From the NCBI RefSeq assembly GCF_902713615.1, contig NC_052154.1:146827875-146891874 (forward strand): 64,000 nucleotides of DNA. The letters are read 5' to 3'. The notes under the pieces were generated by a model. The model made no database searches. It saw only the letters and a program-made list of their open reading frames with translations, and was not told the DNA's origin. Below are positions 1-13,465 of the stretch, one piece after another. Position numbers and translations under genes: made by a program. Within the stretch, counting starts at the first letter, position 1; the number at the start of each line of letters is the position of its first letter. The stretch comes from Scyliorhinus canicula. Its lineage: Eukaryota.

Positions 1-174
1 CTTTCGGTGCCGGAGCAGCGCACAGCACTCCGGCGCCGTGCTAGCCCCCCGAGGAAGGAGAGAATGACTGGGACTGGAGGCCCATTGACGCCAACGTCGC
101 TCGCGCCGGTTTTGACACTGGCGCAACACTTGACCGGGATTTCGGAGAATCCCGGCCCATATGTGGAGAGATCA

Positions 175-846
175 GGGGCAGGATTCTGCGTGAATCGGTC
201 GGGTGGGCAACTCCGTCGCGAAGGAGTGGCGTGAACCACTCCGCACCTTCAGGGGCTGGGCCAGTGCCGGAGTGGTTTGCACCGTGCCAGCTGGCACGGA
301 AGGGGGTTGGCGCCATGCCAACCCACTCTGAAGGGCCTCCGCCGGCCAGCGCGAGTTGGCGCATGCGTGGGAGCGCCAGCGTGTGCTTGCGTCATCCCAG
401 CGCATGCACAGGGGGGGGGTTCATTTCCGCATCGCGGAGGTCCACAGCAGCCGAGGTGGAGGAATAGAGTGCCCCCATGGCACAGGCCCGTCCGTGGATC
501 GGTGGGCCCTGATCGCGGGTCAGGCCACCGTGTGGGCACCTCCCGGGGCCAGATCCCCTGCGCCCCCCCGAGGGCCCAGGAGACAGCCCATGCAGCCAGG
601 ACCCACTGGTAAGTACCTGTTGTAATATACGCCGGCGGGACCAGCCTAAAGCAGGCGGCCACTCGGCCCATCGCAGGCTGGAAAATTGCCAGGAGGCCAC
701 TGCCAGCGGCCGGCGACAGGCACGGCGCAGTTCAAGTCCCCGCCAAATCCCCAGCGCCGGAGAATTCAGCAACTAATGGGGGCGGGATTCACACCGCCCC
801 CCCAGCGGTTCTCCGACCCGGCGGGGGCGTCGGAGAATCCCGCCCC
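175..846. mobile_element. GC-rich MITE-like element (Harbinger-type TIRs); a partial copy also ends at about 158
   Basis: Ends ggggcaggattc...gaatcccgcccc. Internal homology to 41595-42274 and 56739-57417. Confidence 0.75.
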
Positions 847-997
847 AGAGAAACTGGGATTGTTCTCCTCAGTGCAGACAAAGCGAGGGAGACTTTTAAT
901 AGAGAGGTTAGAAATTATCAGGGGCTATAATAGAGTAAATAAGTAGAAGTTCATTCCATTGGCAGGGGAGGTTGGTATCCAGACAACACAGATATAA

Positions 998-1702
998 GGG
1001 CCGCGATTCTCTGGTATGGCGCCAGAGTGCCGGCGCCAAAACGGGAATACTTTACTCCGACGCCGGTTCCAAGACCTGATTCTCAGGTCCTGGGGGGGCC
1101 AGCATGGTGCTGGAGTGGCCCACGCCGTTCCAACTGCCGGTCCCGGCATCGACCCGGCACCTTGGGGTCCGCGCATGCGCAGTTGGGGCGGCGGCAACTA
1201 GCACATGCGCACTGACCGTCAACCCCGCGCCTGCCCCGACGCCAAATGGCGCAGGGATCCAGGAGTATGCGCGGAATAAAAGAGGTTCGCAGCCAGAGAG
1301 GCTGGTCCGCCGATCAGTGGGTCCCGATAGTGGGCCACGCCACCACGACGGGCCTCCCCGGGGTTGGACCCCTCCTTTCCCCCCCCTCCCCACCCCCACA
1401 GGCCACTCCCAGACCCTTCAACCCCGAGGTCCCGCCAGCCCAGAGCATATTAGAACGGCGCCGGTGGGACGCGGATTTTTTCGGACTGCCGCTCGGCCCA
1501 TCCGGGCCGGATAATTGCGCCACCGCCAGAGGATCGCCGCTACGGCAGTTTGTGGTGATTCTCTGTGTGGCCCGGTGCCATTTGCGCGTGGCCGTTTTCA
1601 CAGGGGTGGGAGAATCGTGTCCTGGCGTCGGGGCTGCCTCTCGCGATTCGCGCGGTGCTGCGGCGATTCTCCCACCCGGCGGGCAGTCGGAGAATCCTGC
1701 TC
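998..1702. mobile_element. GC-rich MITE-like element
   Basis: gggccgcgattctc...ggagaatcctgctc. Homologous to 10702-11399. Confidence 0.75.
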
Positions 1703-1774
1703 AAGGTGTTTCGCAAAAGAAGGCCATTTGGCCCCTCAAGCTTATTCCGTCACTCAGTAGATTATGCCTGATGT

Positions 1775-2018
1775 GTATTTTATTTTTTTTGTTTTATTTT
1801 AATTTAGATTACCCAATTATTTTTTCCAATTAAGGGGCAATTTAGCGTAGCCAATCCACCTACTCTGCACATTTTTTGGGGTTGTGGGGGCGAAACCCAC
1901 GCAGACACGGGGAGAATGTGCAAACTCCACACGGACAGTGACCCAGAGCCGGGATTCGAACCTGGGACCTCAGCGCCGTGAGGCAGCTGTGCTAACCACT
2001 AGGCCACCGTGCTGCCCC
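1775..2018 (-). mobile_element. Short V-SINE variant with A-rich tail
   Basis: Reverse complement gives ggggcagcacggtggcctagtggttagcac...ggttcgaatccc. A related copy lies at about 43281-43481 (+). Confidence 0.85.
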
Positions 2019-3392
2019 GATGTGTATTTTAGCTCCATTTGCCCAACTTTAATAACCTCGCCAATATCTATCATTAATAGTTTTGGAGTTTTTAATTCAC
2101 ATCCACTTTCAACATCTTTTGGAGGAGAGAGTTCTGGAATTCCACTAAACAAGTGCTTCCTGACATCATCCCTGAATAACCTTCCTCTAATTTGAAGGAT
2201 CTCCTTCCTTGTTCTCCACCAGAGAAATTGTTGCTCTCTATCGATTTACATTATCAAGTTCAACCAGAGGAGAGATCAATTAAATTGTTTATGCAGTGAG
2301 TTATTATGGTATGAAATGCACTGCCTAAAAGGGCAATGGAAGTAGATTTAATAGCAACTTTCAAAAGGAATAAAAACTTGAAAAAGAAAATATTGCAGCA
2401 GTTTGGAGACTGGGGTTAATTGAGTAGTTTACTCAAAATATTAGGACAGGCACAATGGGCTGAATGGCCTCTGTCTGTGCTGTGCGAAGTATGAAACCAT
2501 GAAACAGATACACTGTCAGAAGGTTTTCCTGCTCCTCAACCTGCTTTCGTATGAGCTGGATGGGAGTCAGGAGTTCGGCAGAAATTCTTCAGTCATCTTT
2601 TGAATTGCATCTGTTTTGGAGGGGGGCATTTTCCCTGTGGGATCTCCTTCTCAGCAAGGTCAGTGACAGTGGCCAGAAAAATGGTGTGAATATAGCTGGA
2701 GAGTTGCCATATGGGCTGAAGGTGAACCAAGAGGTCACAGCTCCCATTCCAACTCCAGTCAGGATCTCAATGACTCATAGAATTTCATAGAATTTACAGT
2801 GCAGAAGGAGGCCATTCAGCCCATCGAGTCTGCACCAGCTCTTGGAAAGAGCACCCTACCCGAGGTCAACACCTCCACCCTATCCCCATAACCCAGTAAC
2901 CCCACCCAAAACTAAGGGCAATTTTGAGGGACTCGTTCAAACTCTCTTTTAATGAAGTGTTCTCAACCCTGCTACGGAAAAAAAACTTAAACAACAGCGA
3001 AACAATTTGCATTTATATCGCACCTTTAATGTCGTAAAACATCCAAAGGTGGGTGTGTTATCAGGCAAAATCTGACACTGAACCACAGTAAGTTGGCATT
3101 AGAACAGATGATCGAATGCTTGGTCAAAATGCTATATTTAAAAAATTCTTAAAGGAGCTGGGAAATAGATTTTGGGATGGAATTCCAGAGCTTAGGGCCT
3201 TAATAGCTTAAAGCAAGATTGCCAATGATGGAGTAATTAAAACTGGGCATGCAAGAGGCGAGAATTGGAGGAGCGCAGATATCTCTGAGATTCAGTTTGG
3301 GGGTGGCCAGTCTAGTTTTGTGTTTCTCTCTATTTAAAATGTTGCACATTGCATTTGTAGAGAGCTGGCAGATTGTTTTTTTTTGGTTGCAG

Positions 3393-3596
3393 GTTGACCT
3401 TTCCACTTCTGAAGCTGAAAGTACATTGTCTCGCTGGGAAGAGAAATGGATTTCTTTGCGCAGGGATACATCAGTCCAGACTATCTCACAGGAGATCTCT
3501 GCTGCCAAGACCCAACTGTCAGTAAGAGTCTTGGCCTACCGAAACGGGGCTGGATATAAGGATGGCCAATTGATCATCGGGACAACCTTTTCCTCG
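3393..3596 (+). CDS. DCDC1: DCDC1 internal coding exon A (VDLSTSEAE...VRVLAYRNGAGYKDGQLIIGTTFSS; start of a doublecortin domain)
   Basis: Acceptor tttttggttgcag, donor gtaata, 204 nt, phase 0-0. Joins in frame to the exon at 8265 to build a DCX-type motif (V.AY.NG...G.LI..T/LL..CT..LGL). Confidence 0.9.
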
Positions 3597-4857
3597 GTAA
3601 TAAAGCCAAATGAAGTAAATAGCATGTTCAGGTGTAAAACAGAAAATTCTGAGAATACACAGCAAGTATGTTAGCCTCTCATGAGAGAACTGGGCAAATG
3701 TTTTTTAGTTCTGATGAAAACTGTTTACTCCAGACACATGGGTGGGCGGGTTCCTCCCACAAGGGAATAAAGAGGGAGCGGTGTTCTCCATTTGTCTGCT
3801 GTCAACTCAGTGAATGAGCACAGAAATTCCAAGTAAATGACAAGCATTAATGCCATTTTCCATTGGCAATTCTGTGATATTCATTTAATTTTGGGTCTGA
3901 CTGTGGCGATTTTGACTATTTATTGCTCAGATTCCCAAATCATCCACATATTTCTTCGAGCTGAGCTTCATGCACATTTTTGTTTCCTGCACAAGGCTTT
4001 AACTTTATACTTTAGTAAAGCCAAGAACTGAGACAGAAATTAAAGGGAAACATTTTATGAGTTCTTATTTACCTGATATTTGAAATGAACCGCACTCTGC
4101 AAACCAGGACCACAATATTCAACAGTAGGTACTGGTTGAGGTGCGAAATGATGTACGTACTGCTCCTGATAACGTCTGACAAGGCCCACTCTAATCGCCA
4201 TATTTTTGAGGATGATAGTGCAGCAGTAATTATGCAGAGTGGGTAGATCCATAAGGCGGTAGAGAGGGAAGAACGTTTTGACACACGACCTGTCATTTCA
4301 GCCTCACTGTTAACTCCCTGTCCTAACCGCGCACAACTAGACATGTGTTCAACTGTGGAAGGGAACTTACCCCATCAGCACTTGTTAAAAGGATCCATCC
4401 ACTGCAGGTTAGTTGCCAATGACTAACCTATGCCTCAAAGAAAGGGTAGTGTGCTGTGAGTGCATGAGGTTATGTACCTGTCTCAGTTGAATAGGTGACT
4501 GTATGTGCAAATTGTGAGTTGTGAGTGTGTGGCTTGTGGCAGTGCGAAGTGTGTGAGAGTGAGGTGAAACTTATAGATACACGGTTTGAGCCATGGTTCG
4601 GATAGATCTTTGGTAGGCGTGTGACCAGGGCGTGGATATTGGAGCTAGAGTGAGACTTTCGTTCAGTGACAAGAATTTGATACAAGAAGATGTATTTACT
4701 TTCCTGACCAATACATGGTATTGCCTCCATGTTCTCAGCACCAGACTATTGGCATTGACCATCATGGCCACCTGTTCCCAATGCAGTATGAACATTTGTC
4801 TGGGCCTCTTGGACCCCTGATGGAAGTGAACCTCTCCCCTCTCACCATAAGACGTGG

Positions 4858-5275
4858 GTTCAGAGATAGACCATTCGGCCCATCGAGTTTGCTCTGCCAC
4901 TCAGTGAGATCATGACTGATCTGATATGAAAATCCTCAACTCCACCTTCCCAGCTTATTCCCATGACTCATGATTCCCTGAAAGATTAAAAATCTGTCAT
5001 TGAACGTATTTAACACCCCAGCCTCTTCAGCTCCCTGCGGTAAATGATTCCACAGATTCACTGTCATCTGAGAGAAGGGATTCCTCCTTATCTGTCTTAA
5101 ATGGGCGAGATTCTGTCCTCTGGTCCGAGAGTCTTCCATAAGGGGAAACAACCTCTCAGTATCTCCCCCACCAAGCCCTCTGAGAGACTGTACATCTCAA
5201 AATGGTAGCCTCTGATTCTCTCCACACCTGGGATCAACCTAGTCAACCTTCTCTGGGCTGCCTCCAATGACAGTA
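4858..5275 (-). mobile_element. Old CR1 3' fragment
   Basis: QRRLTRLIPG, FSQ..VNLWN.LP...EA and a CR1-type 3' stem region. Confidence 0.75.
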
Positions 5276-6962
5276 AGGCAACCAAAACAGGTCCACATCC
5301 TGCACCAGTGACTCCAGTGCAGCATCTAAAAACCTTGGGGGCATTCCCTCTTTCCCGCTGAGCCATTTTACATCCTTCCCAGAATCTACAAATATTATCC
5401 AAATAGTTTTAGCCTCTGGTGCAGGCTGAAAGCACCTCGCCTTTAAGAGGTGAAGTCTATCTTTAAATAGTGACGGTTAACTTTAAGCTGTGTTCATCAT
5501 GCAGGAACTGGGACTCCTTGTTGAGCCATGCAGTCTCTCAGCAGCAGATTCAGCACAGGGTTGCATGTCCAGCACAAGCAAGGTCTGGGGTAATCATGCA
5601 TCGCAATTCCTGCAGCCTATTTCCGAAGCTATCTTAATTTAACCCCCTGTTATGTTAACTGAAGTTTAAATGTTGGAAAATACAAGCAACCACCAGACCC
5701 TTATACCAATGGACATGGGGAAGGACTGGGGACGACTTTTAGGGACCAGAATATCTGGTAATGCAGGAAACCCAGAGGTAGCATCAAAGGACCTCATTTT
5801 AAGTCATTTTCTCCATCTCCTGCCTGGGAGCTGGACAACCGAGGAGGAAGGAGGGAGGGAGAGGTGATGAGATTGTGGTGCTCGAGTGATCACATAGGAC
5901 TGGGGATGGGATCAAAGGGCCAGAGCAGGGGGTCGGCACCAGATCGTAGGTTGAGGAAGCAACAAAGCTTGAGACGGGAAGGCCTGTCTCACAGCAGGGA
6001 GGCAGAATGTGGTGCATTATTTTGGGGGAGCCAGGAGGAAACAATCCTGGTCCTCCTGACTCTCAAGGACTGCTGGAGTAGAGAGAACGTGCCTGCTGGA
6101 TCTGACGGTTCTCATCTTTTATGTGCTGGGTTTCCCCATCCCATACCTTTTCAATCGGGAAGACTGCTAAAGTCTGGGGCTTTAGGACCGACTCGAGAAA
6201 ATGGATAACTTAATGAGCCCAGCCCACCCAGGCAAAACTAAAACAGTGGGTTCGGGTCGGGTTTTCTATTTTAAAGAACGCAACTTCCCCCTACCACTCC
6301 TCCACCTGCTCTGGAGGGTTGGGGTGGTTAAATTTCCTCCCATTGGTGCAACTTAATGCACTCTGCATGGCAAGTTTGATGGCAGGGGCAATTTAATCTG
6401 GCAGTAGGACGGGCGGTGGGGACCCTGTCCCCTCCCACTTCCACCCCAATTAAGTCCATTGCAGGAAGGCCTGGAGGTTACCACTTGAGACCCTGAGGTG
6501 GGAAACTCGTGTCTGTGTAAGGACCTCATCCTGCCATCGTCGGTATTAAACTAGCGGCGGCGGGTGGTGTACTCACCAGGCGGGCAGCAAGACAAGCTAT
6601 TCCTCTTGGGGTTCCTTGAAGGCTGCCGGAAGAGGGATTCCTCATTTAACGTCTCTTGGTGCTCGATGCAGGGACCTGACATCAGGGAAGGTCAGGAAAA
6701 GGAAAAGGGACACTCTGAGATTCACCATTTTCCCCTGCCCTTTCTGCTGACACCTCTTCCTTCCCCCTCCTCTGAAACCTTCACCTCATGATACCTTCCC
6801 ACCAACACTCAACTGTGGCATGGGATCCAGCAATAATCCTGGGTCTCGAGTGGATATTACACCACCAGCCTTCCAGGTGGCACTGCCAACCAATACTGTG
6901 TCTGGCCTTTGGGGTCTTTAATTATGGAGAAGGCCCACCATTGCCAGTTAAGTGCCTGAGTG

Positions 6963-7843
6963 TGTCATGATAGGGAGATATTAGGAACTTGGGTCCAAAA
7001 TGGGGTCCAAGATGTAGCAGGCAATTTAGGGATTAAACAGATTGAGGAAAAAGATTGCTAGCAGCAGAGCCAAAGGATACGCCCACAGCCTGAGTTACCT
7101 TGCCTCATTCAGACTTAACCTCGTTGGTGGGAATACACAGAATGCCCCGGTTCAATCAGGATGATCCACTCAAGATCCATTGTCATTTCGGAAATCCTTG
7201 TTTGACTGGCCATCAGCCCATCACAGAGTCTGATGACTTATTTGTTTGTCAATGGAAGGTTGATTGTATAACAAATGGCAAAGCTCTGTTATTTTATATA
7301 AATGGGTATGGGCAATCAGCCAAGATAATGATAATGAACATTTGTTTGAGGGGCTGGGTGGAACTTAGAAAAAGAGAGAGAGAGAAGAAATGCTTTTTTG
7401 AACAGTTACAGAGGAGAAGGCAGTGGAAATCGAGCAGAGATGTCATGAAAGTTGCAACCGAGGCAGGCTTTGGAAAAGGGCTCTGAACAAGTGTCCCCAA
7501 CAGAAAAAAATTGCTTTGTAAATACAAGTATTGCCTTGGCCTGTCTGTGTAAATGGCATGAGAGTGGCATGGTTATTTAAAGTGATGTTTAAAAGGAACT
7601 AGAATGTTAAGGTTAAGAAACTGCATGTAATTTGCTAGTGTTAGAGCTGATGTAAAAGTTTGAATATTGTTTTATTTTCTTTCACTGTAATAATGTTTGT
7701 TTATAAAGTAACCAAGTTCTATTTCTTATATTATGACCCCTGGCACAAATCGATCTTTCCGTACCGCATTAAAACTTTAAAATGTTATGATACCTAGTCC
7801 AGTCTCTTAGCCACTGTTGAGAGCTGACCAGGCACCCATAACA
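6963..7843. mobile_element. Probable solo LTR (881 bp) nested in an older MITE-like repeat
   Basis: TGTCATGA...CCATAACA termini. Flanks AGTG and AGCA are both explicable as CpG decay of an AGCG TSD. Confidence 0.6.
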
Positions 7844-8264
7844 AGCACCTCATTCATTAGGCCTTCCTTAAAAAAAGGTGACATGGGGCTCTTGTTGGCT
7901 CGCTAGCCAATGGGCAAAACTCTTGTCGCCTCCATTAATTTCCACCCATTGTGTGTGTAACGGGCAATGGCTGATGCAGAGATTGCTATTCAACCATTGA
8001 AATTTGTGCTAGCGATAAAATGAACAACAGACTTGCTCATTAAGCTCATACAACTAGTGCTAATTTCTTGGATAATATTTTCATGTTCTATACCTAATGT
8101 CCAATATTTTATCACAAGTGTTAAATTGTCAGATTTAAAGGAATTAATTCCTCCATACAGGAGCAGGGAGAAGAATGCCACACAAATTGTGTCAACAATA
8201 ATTATAACTTTCTTATTTCCATGCAATGTATTTTCCTTTATCTTCTCTGGTTGCCTTGATCTAG

Positions 8265-8469
8265 TTGCTTTCCACATGCACTCAAAGACTAGGACTCACC
8301 AGGCCAGCTTGCAGACTGTACACAGCAGATGGAAGCCTGATCCTGACAATAAATGAACTGACAGCATGGGCAGTCAACGAGGCTCTACAGGAACACAAAT
8401 CAGAAACAGAACATGGTGCACAGGTCAAGGATGAAAGACCTAAGGAGTTAAATGGGGAGAATAAGGAAG
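8265..8469 (+). CDS. DCDC1: DCDC1 coding exon B (LLSTCTQRLGLTRPACRLYTADGSLILTINELTAWAV...)
   Basis: Pyrimidine-rich acceptor ending ctag, donor gtatgc, phase 0-1. Contains the doublecortin core LL..CT..L.L....RLYT.DG. Confidence 0.92.
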
Positions 8470-10701
8470 GTATGCCAATTGTTTTATACCCATGTTACCT
8501 CACCTCCCACAGCCTTGTTTGTGAGCTCTGGAATCTGATGTACAGCTACAGGTGATAACTGTTAACTTTCCCTGCTCCTTTATAGCTATAGCTCATGTGC
8601 CTCCCCTTGTGAAATAGTCTAGCTCGTTAAATCACTGTTTGATGAGAGGCCAGGATATCAGTGAATGCTCATCGATACAGCCTCAAGTGCTGCTGCAAGA
8701 ACTTTTACTTTCCCCCAAGAGGCTAAAAGTTCCTGGGTTTAACATTTCACCTGAGAGATGGCACCTCTGACACCGTTGCACTGCTTTGAATGGACAGACT
8801 AGGGATGGAACCTTATGCCTTCCCCCATGTCTTCTTTGGTGGTGGGGTGCGATTTAATCAGAAGGGAGGACGGTGGACTGAGACCCAATCAACTCCTTGC
8901 TTCTACCCCAAATGAATTTGTAATGGGAACTGTTGAGCCTATTGAGTTCCTGCCTTGTTGCTGACCACGGCAGTCCAGTAACCCCCACGTGGTGACCCCC
9001 GCCCCCTCATGCCATCATTCATTCTAGCCTGGTATCCAGCAACAATCCCAGTACCGACAGCAGCCACCGCTGACCTCTGCTAGGTGGTCCTTTCCAAAGA
9101 AAGGAGACGCAGAGCTCTCATATGGTTTTGAGCTGGCAGCCAAGACCTTCATCCCCTCCACAAGATTCTGTACTGGATTCTGGGCTCAAGTTTTTGGAGT
9201 GGGGTTTAAACTGAGCTATGAGAGTGCTACCCACTGAAGCATGGCTTGCATCTGTTTAGATCAGGAGGGTCTGGCAAAATATCAGAAAGGATGTCAAAGG
9301 TCATGTAAATGGTTTGGGGTGAGCAGCCACTTGATTTTGCCCCACTACTGAGCCCAAATGGGATGGAAATCAGTTGGTGGGGAACATATCCTCCCAAATG
9401 GAGAATTCTGCCTAACTTGCGCAATATGTTCTCCTGCCACTCGCACTGCCAGTGGTGCCAAGAAGCAATTTACTCTCCTCAGTCATGTAAATGTATGCAT
9501 TGCAGGGATCACAAGGGATTCCATGGCGAACCATCTTATTGGGCCGCCATTTTGAGTGAGCCGCCCGATAGCGAGGTCCAGTGGTTGGCCCCCCTTTCCT
9601 CTGCAATGCAAATTGTGCCCCGCATCTGATAGGCAGTGGCATCCTCCACCTCTCCTTTCCCCCATCACAGGAATTGCGGGATCACCCAGCTCCCCACCAA
9701 ACATATGCATGAGAGTGACCTGATCCCGCACTGACACTCCACCAGAGACCCGGATCAGATACTTCCAACAGCGGACACATCAGAGATCCACAGAGATCTC
9801 TACATCACGGAACACCACCCCCCCCTCCACCAAAGATCCCCCCTTAGCAGAGAACCACCCCATAACAGAGCCCCCCCCCCCCATAACAGAGAACTCCCCC
9901 ACCATAGCAGAGAATGCCCACATAGCAGAGAACCCTGCCCGCCTCCCCATTAGTTACCCTATCCCAGCCTGGAAGCATAAGAACAGTCCAGGCAGAAACA
10001 ATGAAATGAAATGAAATGAAATGAAAATCACTTATTGTCACAAGTAGGCTTCAATTAAGTTACTGTGAAAAGCCCCTAGTCACCAGATTCCGGTTCCACT
10101 CACCTGCCCCTTAAAGCTGCTGCCTCAGGTTGATGTCTAGAAAGCAGCAGATGTAACTTAATAGAAAGCCAAAACCACATCACTAAGGATCCCCTAGGAT
10201 CCTTTGATTTGCTAGGTGTCTATTCACTTCAAAGAGGAATAGCTTTTAGTAACCTGTAATTGACAGCTTCCAGACAGCCAGATGTCTAGATTGTTTATTT
10301 TCATCTCCCTTCATATCACAAGTGGCCTACTGTGAACCTAAACACAATGTTTATAAACATCAAGTTATAATTGACAGGTCGTCACCACATAAAAGGCAGA
10401 GATAAAGAGGAAGTGAAAGCACTTAACTCCAAGAAGTGGGCAGGATTTGCAATGCGGTGGAGAAAGTGGCCCTCCGATGGACTTTGGGGGCACTTACCTG
10501 AAATACTTACCCCCTTTGCCTACCACAAGGTCCACTGCATCAGGGCCATGCTGACAAATACTTGCACCAATTCAAGTCCGCATGAATCCCAGCCCAGAGG
10601 CCCGGAGCATTATGGTGTTGTGGAGAATCCGGAGCCCAGCCCATTAGTAGGGTGCAAATGGGTCATTTTGGGGGGCTGGAGCATTGCAAAAGATCAATTA
10701 T

Positions 10702-11399
10702 TGGCGGGATTCTCCCAACAGGTGGCTAAGTGCCGACGCTGGAGGAAAAATGGGAGTGTTATATTCCGGTGTCGGCGCCCGTTCCGGGATTCCATTCTGC
10801 GGCCCACAGGGGGCTAGGATGGTGCTGGAGCGATCTATGCTGCTCCAGCTGCTGATCCCGGCCTGAACACGGCGCCGCAGGGTCCGCGCATGCGCAGTTT
10901 GGTCGGCACCAACTAGCACATGCGCAATGGCCTTCTTCCCCACGGCGGCCCCAACGCCAAATGGCGCAGAGCTGCAGGAGCTGGCACGGAAGAAAGGAGG
11001 CTGGGGGCAGACAGGCCGGCCCGCCGATCGGTGGGCCCTGATTCGTGGGCCAGGTCACTACGGAGGCCCTCCCCGGGGTCAGATCCCCCCTCCCCTCCCC
11101 CCACAGGCCACCCCTGGACACTTCAAGGCCGAGGTCCCGCCGGCTCAGAGGATGTTAGAACGGCACTGGCAGGACTTGGCTTTTTGTTGACGGGCGCTCG
11201 GCCCATGCGGGCCGGAGAATCGACGCGCCGGCCCGTGCAGGCCCAGGCCAGAGAGTCGGCGCATACCCAGACCAGCGCCGCACCGACCGCACCGTGCCAA
11301 TTCTCCACACTGCGGAGAATTGCGTCCCGGCGTCGGGGCGCCATTCGCACGGCGCCACACTGATTCTCCGACCCAGCGGAGGGTCGGAGAATTCCGCCC
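10702..11399. mobile_element. GC-rich MITE-like element just upstream of exon C
   Basis: ggcgggattctcc...ggagaattccgccc TIRs. Nested in an older related repeat ending near 11476. Confidence 0.75.
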
Positions 11400-11553
11400 A
11401 TTGTTTTTACCCCACACGGGATTCTCTGCCACATCAGGAACTCCACTACCAGCGAACAGTTGGGGAGAATCCAGCCCCTTATCTTTTATTATAGGGTCTC
11501 TCTGGTATGTCACCTTGGTTTAATTCATGTTTAATGCATGTTTCTGCCCCTAG

Positions 11554-11718
11554 ACTGGGCTGATTCGCCAACCCCAGAGAATGACCATTCAGAGCAGAGG
11601 TTACCCCGGGTGACCCCAGAGGACTTGAAGAGTATGGACACGGAACTCGTGAGCCTCATTGTCAGGAACCCCATTGAGGTGTGGGTCTCCTGTGGAGAAT
11701 CGTTCGTGCCTTTAAGCG
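11554..11718 (+). CDS. DCDC1: DCDC1 coding exon C (DWADSP...LVSLIVRNPIEVWVSCGESFVPLS)
   Basis: Acceptor tttctgcccctag, donor gtaaga, 165 nt, phase 1-1. RNPIEVWVSCGE.F matches the recalled DCDC1 motif RNPI.IWVSCGEPF. Confidence 0.92.
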
Positions 11719-12079
11719 GTAAGAGCTAATATTTAATGTTTTGAGCTTTAAAAATGGGGTGTAGCATATCCTCAGTGTAATGTTTTGATCCAAAATATCA
11801 TAGGATAGTTCATAACGTTTGCAATAAGAACAGATAATACCAAAAATGCTCAGGTGGTTAAGTAGATTTCCCTAAAAGGTGAGGGGGATTTTATTCCACA
11901 ATAATGTGTGGCATTGGATCAAGTGGGATGTTAATGTGTTAAAAGTCTTAAACCTAATGCCCAACCTGCTCCCAACACTCCCGTCTCCACACCTCTTCTT
12001 CCTCCCCTCCCCCAACAGGCCTCAGGAAACCCAGCAGCTAAAAGGAGGATAAGACTGCCGGATTGGGCAAGGCACAGGC

Positions 12080-12450
12080 CTTGAGTACAATAGAATACTC
12101 TTCACTTGACAGATAAGTGCAGCCCCTACAACACGCAAGAAGCTTGACAACACCCAGGACAATGCTGCCCACTTGACTGCCACGCCACTCACCACCTTAA
12201 ACATTCACGCTGTCCTTCACTCATGCACAGTGTACGTAATGTGTACCATTGACAAGATGCATGGTGGCAACTCGCACCTTCCAAACAATTTCCATCGAGA
12301 AGGGCAAGGACATCAGACGCATGGGAACACCACCACCTCCAAACCACACACTTGGAACTACATTGTCACTCCTTCATTGACGCTGTGTAAAAATCCTGGA
12401 ACTCTCTCCCGACCAGCACTGTGGGCGTACCGGCGTCACATGGACCTGCC
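12080..12450 (+). mobile_element. Old non-LTR retrotransposon 3' fragment (related piece at about 52150-52305)
   Basis: EYS.L...SAAPTT.KKLD..QD.AA.L-type C-terminal LINE motif. Confidence 0.55.
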
Positions 12451-13465
12451 TTCCCTGGAATGCTCATATCCCACAAATTAATTTTCAAAAACTAATCTCA
12501 ACTGCAGCATCCAGTTTAGAAGCTTCTACTCTTACTCTACCCCCAACTGAACACTATTCCTCACAGCTCTGAACCACCATCTCCCATCTTCAGCCCTCCC
12601 TTTCCAATCTCTCCCCCACTCCTCCGTGCTCTCCAGCTGCATCTTGATCATCTATCTGGCATTTTATCTTCTCTCTTCCATCTTCGTTCCCCCTCTGACT
12701 ACGAATGCTTCCCTCCTCCTTGCACTGTAGCTGAGGCCTGATGTCAAGTGCCTATACTCCCCTGTTTGCAGCACCCGAGGGAAACCTAATCTTCCAGGTT
12801 TGTCTGACAGCAAATCAATCCCCCTCCCCACCAATTATCTCCATCTTTCTCCCACCCTGCCTCTCACAGTACGTCCACACATGCTTTCTGAACTGCTGCA
12901 TTTTCCCAGCATTTTCTGTTTTCATTTCACATTTCCAATGTCTCTTCTAGTTTTCTCTTGGAATTATTTTCATGCAATGTTGTGACTGAAATTTAATACA
13001 GTCAAATTTGAAATCTGGATCTATTTGTGTTGCAGTGAAGCTCAGTATTGAAGCAGGCTCCAGGATATTAACCAGAGTATCATTCTGTGTGGTATTACCA
13101 TATCATTTGATACGTCCGTATCCAATTCCATTCCCCTGTGTTCTAATTGAAACTTCAGCCTTTCTTAATAAAGAGCTAGATGGCAAACATCTAGTTCTCC
13201 AGAATGGAACCTTAGTGAAAGATCTAGCAGGGCCACCCAAGCTAGACAGGTTGAACGGCAGGAGCCGGATTAAAAGTAGTGCACAGCCCTCTTGGTATGG
13301 GTGTATGAGTCAGATTAATGACCCATCCATGAAACAACACAGAGACAAATCCATTATAAACTCACAAAATATCAACTGGTGAAAACCAAGAACGGCGACG
13401 GAGTCCAACATCCTGCTTTGGCCCGACAGCAGTAAAATAATTGCTTCATTTGGCACAGGTGATCC

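Noticed and set aside
7-1833. Many overlapping Pro/Gly/Arg-rich ORFs (also at about 10.7-11.5, 41.4-42.3 and 56.7-57.4 kb)
   Set aside because: They arise from stop-poor GC-rich MITE sequence on both strands and show no domain motifs.
13008-13382. 124-aa ORF as a gene or exon
   Set aside because: No recognisable motif and no convincing splice-site pair compatible with the DCDC1 frame.
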